NCBI GenBank assembly: GCA_951406725.2
Contig: OX597820.1
Span: forward strand, 38,564,001 to 38,628,000
Direction: 5' to 3'
DNA: 64,000 bases
Source of the DNA: Octopus vulgaris
Taxonomy: Eukaryota
The notes under the pieces were generated by a model. The model worked only from the letters and a program-made list of their open reading frames with translations. It searched no databases and was not told the DNA's origin. Every line of letters starts with the position of its first letter. Position 1 is the stretch's first letter. Of this stretch, positions 27,885 through 43,436 are shown piece after piece. A program made the translations under genes and the position numbers.

Positions 27885-27973
27885 GATATATCTATATATC
27901 TATATCTATCTATCAATATCTATCTATCTATCTATATATCCATCTATCCATCCATCCATCCATCCATCCATCC

Positions 27974-28064
<91 letters not shown>

Positions 28065-28104
28065 AATCTATATATCTATCTATCTATTTATCTATCTATC
28101 TATA

Positions 28105-28197
<93 letters not shown>

Positions 28198-28200
28198 GTC
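27885..28200. repeat. (TATC/CATC)n microsatellite
   Basis: Direct observation. Confidence 0.95.
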
Positions 28201-28358
28201 TGTCTATATATATAATATATATTACTTAATCATTACTTAATATTTAGTATACATTTTTATCGTATATTTAATTTTTCTATAGGATGTAATTTTTTCTAAA
28301 TGGTATAATTTAATTTTTTCATTGTTGAATTGATAAAAGGTGTTTTTTCTAATGTAAA

Positions 28359-28455
<97 letters not shown>

Positions 28456-28716
28456 GCGTGTTTGTGTGTGTGTGTGTGTGTATAGAAGCGTTTGGCTTAC
28501 TGACGTAGGCGTTGCACTCGTGATTGAATGATCGTGGTTTCCATTCTTGGAGCGTGCGATGCCTTGTTTTTGTGAGGAAAAATAATCATTTCACATTGCT
28601 CAATTTTCGCTTAAACGACAACCCGCGTAGTGAGGTCAGTATGTATGCTACATAATCCAGGAAACCGTTTATATAAGCCTATGACACGTGAAGGACCTTT
28701 CATGTTTTGAATATTT

Positions 28717-28770
<54 letters not shown>

Positions 28771-28771
28771 C

Positions 28772-28818
<47 letters not shown>

Positions 28819-28939
28819 CATATGTACACATACATAAACATACTCACATTCACGCACATACACACACAGACATATATATGTATTATAATTTATGTCATGT
28901 AGTAAGAGCCGAATTTTGAGTAAATTACATAATAGTGTA

Positions 28940-29525
28940 CAAGAAATTTATAACAAATATTAAGTTAACAAAGAAAGATTCTGGTATATAATAACCATGA
29001 AAGACGTGCTATGACTAAATCCCAGAGGGAGTTACTGAGAATAACGACTGCAAAATCCTGTAAAATGCGACGATTCGGTGTGACCATCATCTTAAACTAT
29101 GAAAACCTGACATTGCTGTAATGAATATACAAAAAAAAAATTATATTAAAATGAATAAAGCCACGGATAATCGACATAACGTGCTGGTTGCAGTAGGATT
29201 GAAGAAAAAGAAAGAGAAAAAAGAGAGGACAACTAGGATGTACTGAAGCGGGAAAAACGCTTGATGAGGGCAATTAAACATGTGGGCGTAATACCGATAT
29301 TCATTAGCGCACTTCGAAGTATCAATATCCAACTACCAACATGGTTCGAAAAGATTGGTACCATTGTAAATATATAACACATATAAGAATGTTCATTGAT
29401 TGGAACTGCAAGGAGTTCTCCGCAAGGTTATTGATTCGTGATCAGTAAACAAGTATCACCTTAAATTACTGGCCATGGACGGCTGACGAATTCAATCATA
29501 CCAGGCCAAATAAAGCTGAGATTTC
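28940..29525 (+). mobile_element. Highly degraded R4/Dong-type LINE 3' end
   Basis: Residual PEGVTENNDCKIL, KPDI, VIPIFISAL and GTAR motifs; followed by (TAC/TAA)n. Confidence 0.6.
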
Positions 29526-29585
29526 TCATGATACTACTACTACTACTACTAATAATAATAATAATAATTACATTCATAATAATAA

Positions 29586-29800
29586 TCCTTTCTATTATAG
29601 GTACAAGGCCTGAAATTCTGGGGGAGGGGCAAGTCGATTAGATCGACCGTAGTACACAACTGGTACTTAATTTATCGACTCTAAAAGGATGGAAGGCAAA
29701 GTCGACCTCGGCGAAATTTGAACTCAGAACGTACAGGCGAACTAAATGCCGGTAAACGTTTTGCCCGTCATGCTAACGATTCTGCCAGCACGACGCCTTT
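29586..29800 (-). mobile_element. tRNA-derived SINE family C (probably Meta-domain type)
   Basis: GAGTTCAAATT...GAGGTCGACTTTGCCTTCCATCCT...GTCGATAAATTAAGTACC; copies at 43010 (-), 44756 (+), 45715 (-), 45965 (-), 51857 (+) and 61420 (-). Confidence 0.8.
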
Positions 29801-29810
29801 AATAATAATA

Positions 29811-31070
<1,260 letters not shown>

Positions 31071-31124
31071 GCAATAATGATAATCAAAGACTAACTAGTG
31101 CAATAATAATAATGATAATCAGCT

Positions 31125-32519
31125 TTAGAATGAAGGAATGTAAAGTAGATGTCTCCTCAGGTGACAAACATTTAGTTAATATTAAGGAAGGAATTTTCCA
31201 GGTGTCTTGTTGCTCCTTTTAATATTTGTTTTATGTTTGATCCCTTCAGTTTAATATTAAGAAAGACAAAGGCAGAGTATGAGTTCAGAAGTAGTAAGGG
31301 TAAAATTAACCATTTGCTCGACATCGATGATCTGAAGCTTTTTAGTAAGAATGAAAAAGGGATAGATTCCTTAATACAGACTGTATGATTCTTCAACAAA
31401 GATACAGGCATGGAATTTGGGATAGGTAAATGTGCAATATTAATCATGAAAAGGGAACGGGAATTTAACAGTGAAGGCAACCAATTACCAGATGGCAAGA
31501 CTCTAAGACCATAGAAAGGCGTGAGAGTTATAAGTATCTAGGAAGGAGTATTAGAATCTGACAGCGTACTAACTAGAGACATGAAACAGAAAATGGAGGA
31601 GTACATCAGAAGGGTGAGGAAGTTAATGAAATCAAAACCAAATGGTCCGAGTCTAGTGAAGGCTGTGAATACTTAGGCAGTATCATTATTTAAATACACA
31701 GCAACTTTTGTAGATTGGACGAAAACTGAATTGGCAAAGCCGGAGAAAAGAGCTATGACGGAATTCAATATGAATGGAGGACCACGTAAGGGCAGGAGTA
31801 GTAAGATTATACTTACATAGAAAGGAAGTCGGAATATGGTAGCTTTCAGTAGAAGACTGCATGGAGTTAGCTAGAGTAGATATAGCCTCCTATGTAGTTA
31901 ATAGTGAAGAAAGTTTATTAAAAGCTGCTACAGTCACAAGACACCAAAAATCCAAAGGAAATTAAAAACTAGGAAAAAGAATAAAAGTTATCTAACTGGG
32001 AGGAGAATTCGTCGCATGGTAGATTCCCAAAGATAATTGCAGCAACTTGTAGTAAAACATGGTTATGTTTGCAGAAAGGAAGGCTAAAAAGGGAGACAGG
32101 AAGTTTGTTAGTAGCTGCATAAGATTAAGCATTAAGGATTTATTGGAAAATACCCAATATAGACAAAACCAAGTAGATTCCCATTATAGGCTATACAAAG
32201 CAAAAGAGGAAAGCGTTACTCATATAGTAAGCGAGTATAGTATGAGAGAACAGAAAGAATAGAAGAAACGACATGACATCACAGGAAAAGTAATCCACAG
32301 GGACTTACGCAGAAAGCTAGGATTTGAACATAATGATAAATGTTATGGACATGAACCTAGTACTGTACAACAAGGTAAGAAATATAAGATGTCAGATTTT
32401 AACGTTCAGCCTTACAGAGTAATAGGAGCTAGAAAGCCTGATTTAGTAGTAGTAGTAGTGGGTGGGGGTAGTAGTAGTGGTGGTGGTGGTGATGGGGTGG
32501 ATGTGGTAGTAGTAGTATT

Positions 32520-32558
<39 letters not shown>

Positions 32559-32570
32559 GAGTAGTAGTAT

Positions 32571-32606
<36 letters not shown>

Positions 32607-32612
32607 AAGTCA

Positions 32613-32651
<39 letters not shown>

Positions 32652-32995
32652 ATAAATAGAATAGAAAGTGTCAGGTAATTGACTTTAAGATCTCAAACAA
32701 AGGAAAAACCAGTATTAGAGGTATAGAAAGAATAGCAAATGTACCTGGACCTAGCCATTGAATTACATAGACTATGGAAAGTGCGGGAAAAATGTATCCC
32801 AGCACTTATAGATGCATTGAGACCTACCCCTAAAGATTTAAACAAATGGATAGAGGAAATAGGCATAAAAACAAGTTTAGTACAGCTCCTGAAAACAGAA
32901 CTGTTTTGCACAGCTAGGATACATGGGAAGGTTCTTCGCATCTAAAGTTAATTATTGTAGCCCGTTATTTGCATTATTTCTTTTCCAACAAAGTG
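31125..32995 (+). mobile_element. Old degraded R4/Dong-type LINE, split by a (GTA)n expansion
   Basis: INHLLDIDDLKLF, GMEFGIGKCA, ESVTHIVS, RKPDLVV and C-terminal RLE remnants; (AAT)n tail. Confidence 0.8.
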
Positions 32996-32996
32996 C

Positions 32997-33089
<93 letters not shown>

Positions 33090-33095
33090 GTAATG

Positions 33096-33131
<36 letters not shown>

Positions 33132-33144
33132 GAAAGAAAAAAAA

Positions 33145-36055
33145 CCCCAGAGAAAACAAAACCTGGGAAGAAATCAAACCTGGAGAAGTAAAATTGAAAA
33201 AGAGATTGAATTTATGAGAGGGGAAATATCAATATTAAATGAACTAATATGTGGAAATGATGAAGAGAAAATTTGGATCCTCACCAAGAGAAGAACTGAT
33301 ATCAATAAAAGAAACGCTGAAACAAAAAGTCCAAGCAAAAGCCCAAAGAATACGAAGATTTGAGAAGAGAAACAAGTTTTACAAGCAAAATAAGCTGTTC
33401 ACATCCAATGCCAAAAAATTCTACAGAGAAATAGGGAAGGAGAAAGTAACCGTTAAAGAACCCCCTCCCATGGAAGAAGTTCAAAACTTTTGGAAAAGGA
33501 TTTGGAGTGACAAGAAGACGTACAACATAAATGCAGACTGGATTATACAAACTGAAGGATCCTACCAAAATTTACAACAACAAGCATGGGAAGACATCAC
33601 AATAGGAGACCTAAGAAAGGCACTCACGAAGGCCCATAATTGGAAATCCCCGGTAAAGATAGGGTGCCGAATTTCTGGCTCGCATCGCTCCCGTGCGCAC
33701 ACGGTAAGCTAGTTCAGCTGCTCAATGGAATTATGAGAGACCCAAAGAAAACACCTGAATGGTTAGCAAGTGGCATTACTTACCTACTCCCAAAGAATAA
33801 CGAAACCAACCTTCCAAAAAACTATCGGCCTATAACCTGTCTATCCACCACGTATAAAATCCTAACATCTATCCTGGCGGAGAAAACATATGCATTCATG
33901 GAGAAGAACGATATTTTCCCCACTGAACAAAAAGGGTGCCGCCGAGGCTCTTACGGATGCAAAGATCAACTGCTAATCAATCGTATGATCCTTGAGAACT
34001 GTCACAACAAGCGCAGAAATCTCAGCACCGCATGGATTGACTATAAAAAGGCCTTCGACAGTATACCGCATCCATGGATCTTGAGATCGCTGGACATCTT
34101 CAAAATTTCCCCTGTGATTTCAAACTTCCTGAAGCACAATATGTCGTTGTGGAATACGAATCTCCAATTATACCACTCTAATGGAGTACTTACCTCAGAA
34201 AATATAAACATCAACTGTGGAATTTTTCAAGGTGACTCACTTTGACCTTTAATATTCTGCATAGCCCTAATACCCCTTACAAGTGAATTAAACAGAACAG
34301 GGTATGGGTATAAAATTGCCAATAAAAAAATAAGCCATCTATTTTATATGGATGACTTAAAACTTTATGGTAAAGACAATAATGAAATTGAAGGCCTATT
34401 GCGCACCGTGAAATCATTCAGCGATGACATCGGGATGGAGTTTGGACTTGAGAAGTGTGCCAAGGCCACTTTCCAGAAAGGGAAAGTGAAGACCACAAAT
34501 TCAGTCGTGTTAGATGTTGACACAGTCATAAGAGAGCTTGAGCAAGAACAAACATACAAATATTTAGGGATAAATGAAGGCTCTGGTATTCAGCATGCAA
34601 GCATGAAAGAGAAAATCAGGAAGGAATGTTATAGGAGAGTTCGTGCAGTCCTGAAATCTGAACTAAATGCACGTAACAAGGTGTTAGCTATAAATTCCCT
34701 AGCAGTTCCAGTTGTTACTTATGTGTTGAACTGGAATATGAGTGAAGTAAAGAATATAGATAGAAAAATACGCAAGCTGCTGAGTTGTAATAGGATGCAC
34801 CACCCAAAGGCAGACGTAGATCGCCTTTACCTTCCCAGAGCCCAAGGAGGTCGAGGCCTGATCCAATTTGAACTAGCTTACAAAACAACCACAATTGGAC
34901 TGGCCAAATATCTCGAAATATCGAATGACTGGATGCTAAAGCTCGTGGAAAATCACGAGAGACGAAAGAAGCTTCATTCTATCATCAAGGAAAGCAAAAA
35001 ATTTGCTATTGATCTCGTGCAGGATACCCAAACTGAACAACCCGAGGGAAGTACGGCAACTATTGTTGCAAAGAAGGTGAAAATGATGGCAATGAAAAAA
35101 GCGCACGAGCAATTGGCTGATAGGTGGGAGGAGAAACCTCTGCACGGCAAATATGTGACCCGCAGCAAACAAGCTGATGTTGACCAGAAGCAAACTCATC
35201 AGTGGCTGCGGAGCTCAGGGCTAAAAGCAGAGAGCGAAGGTTTCATCCTGGCTGCTCAAGACCAAAGCCTATCAACCCGGAACTACCAGGCCAATGTGAT
35301 GAAAAATGGAGCAGACCCAAAATGCCGATTCTGCAACGACATGATTGAAACAGTGGACCACCTAATCTCTGGATGTAAAGTCTTAGCACCAGTGGAGTAT
35401 AAATTAAGACATGACAGAGTTGGCCAATATCTCCACTGGCTAATAAGTCGGCATTACAATATCAAAACTGCCGAGTGGTATAAGTGGTATAATCACCACC
35501 CTGAGGCTGTAACTGAAGGAGAAAATGTAACCATTCTGTGGGACTTTCCAGTACATACAGACCGAACCATCAAGGCCAATAAACCAGATATTGTTGTGAA
35601 AGACCAAAACAATAAAGTTTGCTTATTGATCGACATGAGCATCCCCTGTGATCATAATATCTCAGCGAAAGAGTTTGACAAGCTCAGAAAATATAAAGAC
35701 CTACTCATTGAAATTGAGAAAATGTGGCATCTCAAGGCGGTTACAATACCAGTGATCGTAGGAGCACTAGGAATGATCAAGAAGGGAACCGAAAATTATA
35801 TGAGAATGATCCCTGGCTTACCATCCCTGCAAGAAGTGCAAAACATTGTCTTAACTGGTACATCACACGTATTGAGAAGAGCATTGTCGATGTGAGAACT
35901 GTTGCTGCTCATGTATTTTAATTTAACTTTAAAAAAAAAAAAAAAAAAATGAACGAACTACTGAGTTTGGTTTAATGGCCTACCAATATACACTATGAGT
36001 TTCTTTGCCCTAGGAGTCGGGAAGGCACTCGGCAAGAAATGGAAGAAAATTTGAA
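33145..36055 (+). mobile_element. Young 5'-truncated R4/Dong-type LINE (RT, CCHC, restriction-like endonuclease)
   Basis: NYRPITCL, WIDYKKAFDS, GIFQGDSL*PL, YMDD, CRFC..H..C, RHD, KPDIVV..IDM; frameshift ~33650 and stop at 34243. Confidence 0.92.
33251..35895 (+). pseudogene. Disrupted single ORF of the R4/Dong element
   Basis: Three track ORFs (33251, 33640, 34348) form one polyprotein across a frameshift and a TGA. Confidence 0.85.
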
Positions 36056-36091
36056 AGAAGAAAAAAAAAAAAGTAATGATAATAATAATAA

Positions 36092-36824
36092 GCCCAAGAC
36101 CAAAGCCTCCCCACCAGAAATTACCAAAAACATGATTATGAAAAGAAATATTACAAGTAACTGCAGAATATGTGGAGATGGACAAGAAACAATAAATCAT
36201 ATTATCTCTAGCTGCCCAGTTCTGGCTAAGAAGGAATATATTCACAGACATGACAGAGTTGGAACCTACATACATTGGAAGCTATGCCAACATTATGGAA
36301 TAACAACAGAAAAAAGATGGTATAGGCACACACCAGAAAAGGTCACAGAAAACGAGAAAGCAACCATACTCTGGGATATGCCGATACACACAGATAGAGA
36401 AATTAAGGCCAACAGACCAGATATAGTTGTCAGAGATCATGAAGAAAAAAATGCTTTCTAATTGATGTATCAATACCGGCTGATGACAACGTGTCTCTAA
36501 AAGAAATGGAGAAACTCTCAAAATACAAAGACCTGGAAATAGAGGTAACTAGAATGTGGAATCTGAAAACAGAAACAATTCCTATCATAGTAGGTGCATT
36601 AGGCATGATAAAAAAATATTCAGACAAATACATAACAAAAACACCGGGACTTACAAACACATATAACATACAGAAAATTGGACTACTAGGCACTGCACAA
36701 ATCCTACGCAGAACACTTTCCGTACAATAACCATCAGAGCATCACAACAAATCACAGCACATACCCAAGGCATACAGAGCTGCGCTCGGTAGTGAAGTGA
36801 AAGCACGCTATAAAAATAAAGCTA

Positions 36825-36828
<4 letters not shown>
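36092..36828 (+). mobile_element. 3' fragment of a second R4/Dong family
   Basis: CRICG..ETINHIISSC..RHDRV..NRPDIVV..KYKDL..PIIVGALG; (AAT)n on both sides. Confidence 0.9.
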
Positions 36829-36900
<72 letters not shown>

Positions 36901-36908
36901 GTAATAAT

Positions 36909-36939
<31 letters not shown>

Positions 36940-37147
36940 TTTTAAAAAGGATTGGCATAAATATATCTAAATGGGAAAAAAGAAGAACCGATGTAAGAAT
37001 ATCATTTTAGCATTTCGAAAATCCGATTGGCATTTTACATCTACTGCCGACTGAAATTGCGCTTGCGCGGTGAATTTTGAAAAATAATAGCATATGATGA
37101 TGAGACATGTGCTATTTGTCTCTAAATTATATGTTAATTGTTATGGC

Positions 37148-37220
37148 ACGGTTACTGATGAGTATTCGCCTAGCAAATTATTTTATTTCCTGAAGAAATC
37201 GGAAAGCAAGGTATAACCGT
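37148..37220 (+). ncRNA. Decayed type I hammerhead
   Basis: Perfect 7-bp stem I ACGGUUA/UAACCGU flanking CUGAUGA...GAAA GCAAG GUA; stems II and III eroded. Confidence 0.5.
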
Positions 37221-37358
37221 AAAAAAACCAAGGTAAAGTTTTTATTTTTCATTCCCTTCGAAAATCCCTCTTAAATGCAATTCTGGTCGTTTTGACTGCT
37301 TCCTCTAGCGTGTGAAAAATACCTGATTTAGGTAGTTTTCTCTTGTGCTTAAATGTAC

Positions 37359-37394
<36 letters not shown>

Positions 37395-37565
37395 TGAATA
37401 TATCTATATTGAGTAGTTGAATGAATTATCTTATTAAGGATAATTCGAATTAACCGATACCTGGGTAGCAAATTCACATCAGAAAAGTCACGGTTGAAGT
37501 TACGTGCCTAGGTCATAGATTACGTGCTTTCGTGTGGAAATTTGTATGTTTATTTTTAAAATATA

Positions 37566-38584
37566 AATATATGAAAGAAGGATCTCCAACCATTATTCAA
37601 CTTTCCGAGATAAGAGAAAACAACACAGCACGGGACTAAGTAAATTAGTTTGGCGTCTTCTGAAAGACAGCAATACAACTTTCAAGCTGGAATGGTCCAT
37701 ATTGTCGGTGTCCTTTCCGTTTGATAAGGGCAGAAAACTTTGTGGCATCTGTAATTTCGAACTTTTTCATATTTTGTTCGCCAAAGTCCCTTTAATAAAT
37801 ACAATCGTCGAGAGGTCATACAGGTGCATGCACTGGCAAAAACACACCTTTCACTCATATGAATAATGATTAATATAGAAAACCCCTTGAATTTTAATTA
37901 ATATAATTTGTTTTTTTATATATGTCACCCCCATAGTCATAAATTTTTTTTTTATACTTTCAAAGAACTACTACCCAATCCAGTGAGGTTGTTGCCTTAG
38001 TCCCTCTCCCTCGCCCTCCTCTTTCTCTCTCTATTTCCCTCTTTCTATAGTAAGCACAATAAAACACACAGACACAAACCACTCGCCTCAATACTGTCTG
38101 TTTTCTGACACCCACCCATCCACATACACAATCACGCATACACATACACACACACACACACATTGATGCAGTTATATACAGTCACACACACAGGCACTCA
38201 TTCACAAAATAAATTAACAAAATCCACCATTCATATGACCTGCACCCTTTCACCTTTCTATTCTTATGCCTCTCTCCTCCAACTTCGTTTGAACCCTTTA
38301 ACCTTTAGAACCTTCTAGATTCTTCTACTTTCAACCACTTTGACGTCACTCCTTATAAAGGAATATTTTAAAGAGACATTCATTATAGCTATGGGCTCCG
38401 TGTGAGCAATCACCTAAAAGTTTTTTGTGCATTTTGATGTTGACATAAATTCCTTGCTTTTCCTGATGAGAAAGTGGCATAATGTACTCCTTATTCCTTC
38501 GCACTTAGGAATATGCAGCTTTCGAAACATATGTCGAAAATAAAGGAATTTTGTTAATTCGTCGTTCAGCTCCATTCTTTCATA

Positions 38585-38590
<6 letters not shown>
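37566..38590 (+). mobile_element. 5'-truncated Penelope-like element (endonuclease C-terminus plus pLTR)
   Basis: Open frame 37573-37866 RRISNHYSTFRDKRKQHSTGLSKLVW..WSIL..LCGICNFE..LIN..RCMH; 14-bp inverted copy of the 3' end at the 5' junction; ends in (TA)n. Confidence 0.8.
38448..38550 (+). ncRNA. Canonical-core type I hammerhead ribozyme
   Basis: UUUUC-CUGAUGA-GAAAG..CUUUC-GAAAC AUAU GUC-GAAAA, with stem I extended by AAUUCCUU/AAGGAAUU. Confidence 0.85.
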
Positions 38591-38620
<30 letters not shown>

Positions 38621-38870
38621 TGAAAGTATGTAATATGTAGCTTTGTTTATATGTGTATATATATGTACATATATATATATATCACGTAGTCACTTCAAAT
38701 TTGTTTTAAAACGTTTTATTACATTTTAATTTCTATCTTACAATTAACTAAATTAGCATAGAAAAATAGCTTCACATTTTTTTCTAATTAAGATATAAAC
38801 TGGCAATATGTGAATGTGAAAGAGATAGTTGAATAACTGAAAACCTAATTTAGGGCCACCCTGCGTATAG

Positions 38871-38907
<37 letters not shown>

Positions 38908-38944
38908 CATACATATTAGATACATACATACAAAACACACACAC

Positions 38945-38996
<52 letters not shown>

Positions 38997-39392
38997 ACTT
39001 ACGTTGTACAAACGGGAGAAAACTGATTTACAGATTTGAAAATTATATTTTAGCTGACGTATGATAATATTTCAGTAGCTTAGGGTTCCGTCCTAATTGA
39101 CTTGTTAAGCAGTTTTAGAAGTGCTTTAACAGGAAACCCACTCGAATATAAAAGAAAAACAAATAACATATTTAAATGATGCACGTACCTAATGCTAAGC
39201 AGAACAATTTTAGTGCATCTAATGTAGGTTATTAAGTTTATTTCATCTGTTTAATCAGTGGCAGTGCACAACGGCTGATCACATGCACATGTAGATATGT
39301 AATCAACGCGTTGTAAAAATCCCGATGAGTGGGCAGCAAATAGCTGGTCGAGATGAGGGACAGAGTAAGCCTTACATACATATATCTATATG

Positions 39393-39424
<32 letters not shown>

Positions 39425-39728
39425 TATATAAATATACATATGTATGTATATGTATATGTATATGTATATATATATATATATGTGTGTATATAAGCGCGAG
39501 CGAGTTTATGCATGTATAACCGTTAAAGTGCACGGTTCTTTTTTGCTTCTCTTAGTTTATATTATTTATGATCTTGTATATAAATGAAGATGTATCCTTT
39601 GTTTTGCAGTTTCCGTCACACGAAATGAAAAGACACATTGTGAAACTGTCATTTTAACGAGTTACATCTCTGCACCCTCGGATTCTTCTGAACGAGTTGA
39701 TAAATATTCCGCCCGTGAGAGATGGATG

Positions 39729-40882
39729 CTAGGTGTGTCGAAAATGTTGTCGCGATTAAATAAATTCTCGTAACTTTCATTTTCTGTCTTCCATTTACTA
39801 TGTATATCAATTTTCTCGCCTGTTTCTACAACTTAAGTTCAGTTTATATATATATATATAACTCTGCAGCCGAAGCGACTCGAAACACAGTCAGTTTATG
39901 GGAAAGAATGCTTGAATGAAAGAACTTGCAGAACAGGGTTAGCAAATTTCAGAAGTGGAGATGTCACCCTTGCAGATGAAGATCGAATCGGGCGTCCAGT
40001 TGAGTTTGATGATAAGCTCCTTGAGGGATTACTTGAAGAAAATCTTGCATTATCAGTTGAAGAATTGGCAATAAAGCTTACTTCAAATCATACAACTGTT
40101 CATTGTCATCTTGGAAAGGTTCCTAAACGTGGAAAATATTTGCCTCAGGAATTGTCCGAAAGCAACCGCAAGTCCCGAGTTGACATCTACTCTTCTCTCC
40201 ATTGCCGCGAACTCATTCCACCCTTTTTGGATAGATATGTGACTGATGACGAAAAATGGATCTTCTATCGAAATGTTCAACGTCGTAAACAGTGGCTTGG
40301 TAAAAATGAAAATGCTCAACCATAACTTCATGGGAAAAAGGTTCTTCTATCTATCTGGTGGAATGGAAAAGGAGTAATTCACTTTGAATTGTTACCACCG
40401 TATGCAACAATCAATGCTCAAGTCAACTGTCAGCAATTAGAGCGTTTGAACCGAGCTTTGAAAAAGAAAAGACCTACTTTAGTGAATCGAAAAGGAGTGA
40501 TGTTTCATCAGGACAATACGCAACCCCACATCGCAAAGATCACATCACAGAAGATCGAAGAGCTTGTTTGGGAAAAAATTCCTCATTCACCTTATTCTCC
40601 CAACCTTTCTCCTTCAGACTACCATTTGTTTCGTACTTTACAAAATCATTTGGGGGACATAACTTTCTCAAGCCAGGAGGAAGTTGAAATTGACATTTCA
40701 GAGTTCTTCGCTTCGAAACCAAAAGAGCTTTACATTGATAGGATTAAAAAGCTTGTAAATAGATGGAAGGAAGTCATAGATAATCACAGAAAGTACATTG
40801 ATTATCAAATTTCAATTAAATATAACGTTTGATCAATTTTTTTTAAATTCAAAATTCGGACATAACTTATGAGATGATCTGA
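39729..40882 (+). mobile_element. Degenerate mariner (DD34D) transposon
   Basis: VTDDEKWIFY, FHQDNTQPH, HSPYSPNLSPSDYHLF; stops and deletions. Confidence 0.9.
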
Positions 40883-40897
40883 TATATAAAGCAAGTG

Positions 40898-40929
<32 letters not shown>

Positions 40930-42382
40930 TGTATGTATGTATGTATGTATGTATGTATGTATGTATGTGTGTATGTATGTATTTTGTGTATGTATGTATG
41001 TATTGTTCGTGTGTATCAATTACATCACTTCATTATGAACTGCTTCCTTTATGGTCGAGCTATAAGCGATACATTACAATGAGCAAATAAAACATTAGTT
41101 TTTGTCTTGCTTATAAAGGTTCATGAATATCTAAAACCATATTTATACAATTATCATCAGAATAGCAGAGAATATAACGGTGAAAAGAATCAGGTTATAC
41201 AAAAGAATTTAAAGTGAATATAGATTTAGGTAGCTACTAATTTTATTTGAGTTCAGCTTTTATAAGCGTTTGATTCTGTAATTTATCATAACGAGAACAC
41301 GAAGTACAACAGAACCCTTTTGGTGATTTTCTTCTGATTTCGTGCATGTATACACACACATACAACCGCACACACATTCGCACACAAACATACATTCACA
41401 CTTACACTCACGCGTATCTCTACATATAGAATGAAACTGATTTCATATTCTTTTTGACAGTTGTGTGTCATTTATGGATAATTTGGTTGTTATATCTAGC
41501 AGGTCACGGGACGAAGCAAACATCTTCCTATATAGCTCAAAGTAAACTAAGTTGTTATTGTTTGAGTCTAGTGTACAAAACATAAAATATATATATGATG
41601 AAAGGTATTCCATGCCGACTATTTGTTTATATTAGAAACTATATTGTCTCATGTGTCCTTTATTTAAGACTGTACCGTGTAGCTTGAGGGTTTCTTGGCT
41701 GCTATTTCCAGTAGTTTGAACTAGCTGGTTGAGGTTCCCCGCGCACTACTGATACAACTTGCTATACATTGAAGTTAATTATACAAAATGGACTAAGAAA
41801 ATTTGTCTGGGGGACATATATGAGCAACATATAAATACAAATACTGGTATATGGTATATTGTAGAATATAAATTTCTGGTCTCTTAAAACTATATTAGAA
41901 TGCGTGTTATGTTTACTAAATGGCAATGGAGAACAGACACATATGAAATGGGGAGATAATCTCAAGAATCCAGAATCGTCCAAACCTGGCACGACATTAA
42001 TTCAAACACAGGCTACTTGTTCTGGGTAAGATAACACTCGAAACGCGTGTTTCTGCCTCAATAGGCTTCGTAGTACGACATTTGTCCTGACCTATCTTCA
42101 GTAATCAAAGGACATTGCCATATATGAGAAAAGTTGAGCACATTTATGGTTTAGACTATTTGCAAAAATTATACGAAACAAACTTAGACAAATGTATACG
42201 AACAATGCATACAAAGACTGATATATTATGTCTGGTCTCAACTGCCACATTTCGTTATTTAGATACGTAATCTAGGAGTAGAATGTTGATTTGCAAAGGT
42301 ATGGTGAAAGTCCACCAAGGCATTCTGTTGTGAAAATTGCCCGGCAACGGCGGGATACAGATTTATTAGGTGTGTGTGTGAC

Positions 42383-42445
<63 letters not shown>

Positions 42446-42534
42446 ATACATATATATATATTCTCCCGCGCACACACACAACACACATATATGATTAGTT
42501 AATCATTTTAGTTTTAAAAGAATTACATTTTCAA

Positions 42535-42895
42535 CGGAGGCGCAATATCCCAGTGGCCAGGGAGGTGGGATCGCAGTTTCGATTCCCAGACCGGGCATTT
42601 TAAGTGTTTATTGAGTGAAAATACCTAAAACTCCACGATGCTCCGGCAGGGGTATTGGCGAACCCTACTGTGTTCTCTCACCGCTACTTTTTCTCACTCA
42701 TTCTTCCTGCTTCTGTCGTACCTGTATTTCAAAAGGCCAGACTTGTTACATTTTCTGATATACTGAATCTCCCCGAGAACTACACGTGTCAGAGAAGTGC
42801 GCAGCTACTTACCCGTTAATCTCATGAGCAGGCTGTTCCGTTGATCGGATAAATTGGAACCCTTGTCGTCGTAACCGACGGAGTGCCACGACGAC
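42535..42895 (+). mobile_element. tRNA-derived SINE (family A)
   Basis: Homologous to 17961-18350. Confidence 0.8.
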
Positions 42896-43009
42896 AACAT
42901 TTTCAATATAGACTACGGGGCACGATTCATACACAGTGAAATGTATGATATACATACACAGGGGTATGAGTATGCATTTGTATATAGATATATGTGAGTT
43001 TCTTTATTA

Positions 43010-43230
43010 CACATAAGGGGCTAAACATAGAGGTGACAAACAAGAACAGACAAACGGATTAAGTCGATTACATCCACCCCAGTGCGTAACTGGTACTCAA
43101 TTTATCGACCTCGAAAGGATGAAAGGCAAAGTCGACCTCGGAAGAATTTGAACTCAGTACGTAACGGCAGAGGAAATACGGCTACGCATTTCGGCCGGCG
43201 TGCTAACGTTTCTGCCAGCTCGCTGCCTTT
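43010..43230 (-). mobile_element. SINE family C
   Basis: Homologous to 29586 and 44756. Confidence 0.8.
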
Positions 43231-43323
43231 TACATATATATATACATATATATATATACATATATTTGTGTGCGTACACATACACACGCATGTGTATATA
43301 TGTGTGTGTGTGTGTGTGCGTGT

Positions 43324-43369
<46 letters not shown>

Positions 43370-43387
43370 GTGTGTGTGTCTGTTTGT

Positions 43388-43436
<49 letters not shown>

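Noticed and set aside
34243-34245. In-frame TGA as recoding or selenocysteine
   Set aside because: It falls on the conserved Ser of GDSLSPL (likely TCA to TGA) in a copy that also has a frameshift and is truncated.
42040-42105. Hammerhead-like CUGAAGA...GAAAC on the minus strand
   Set aside because: Stem II is not adjacent to GAAA and there is no stem I.
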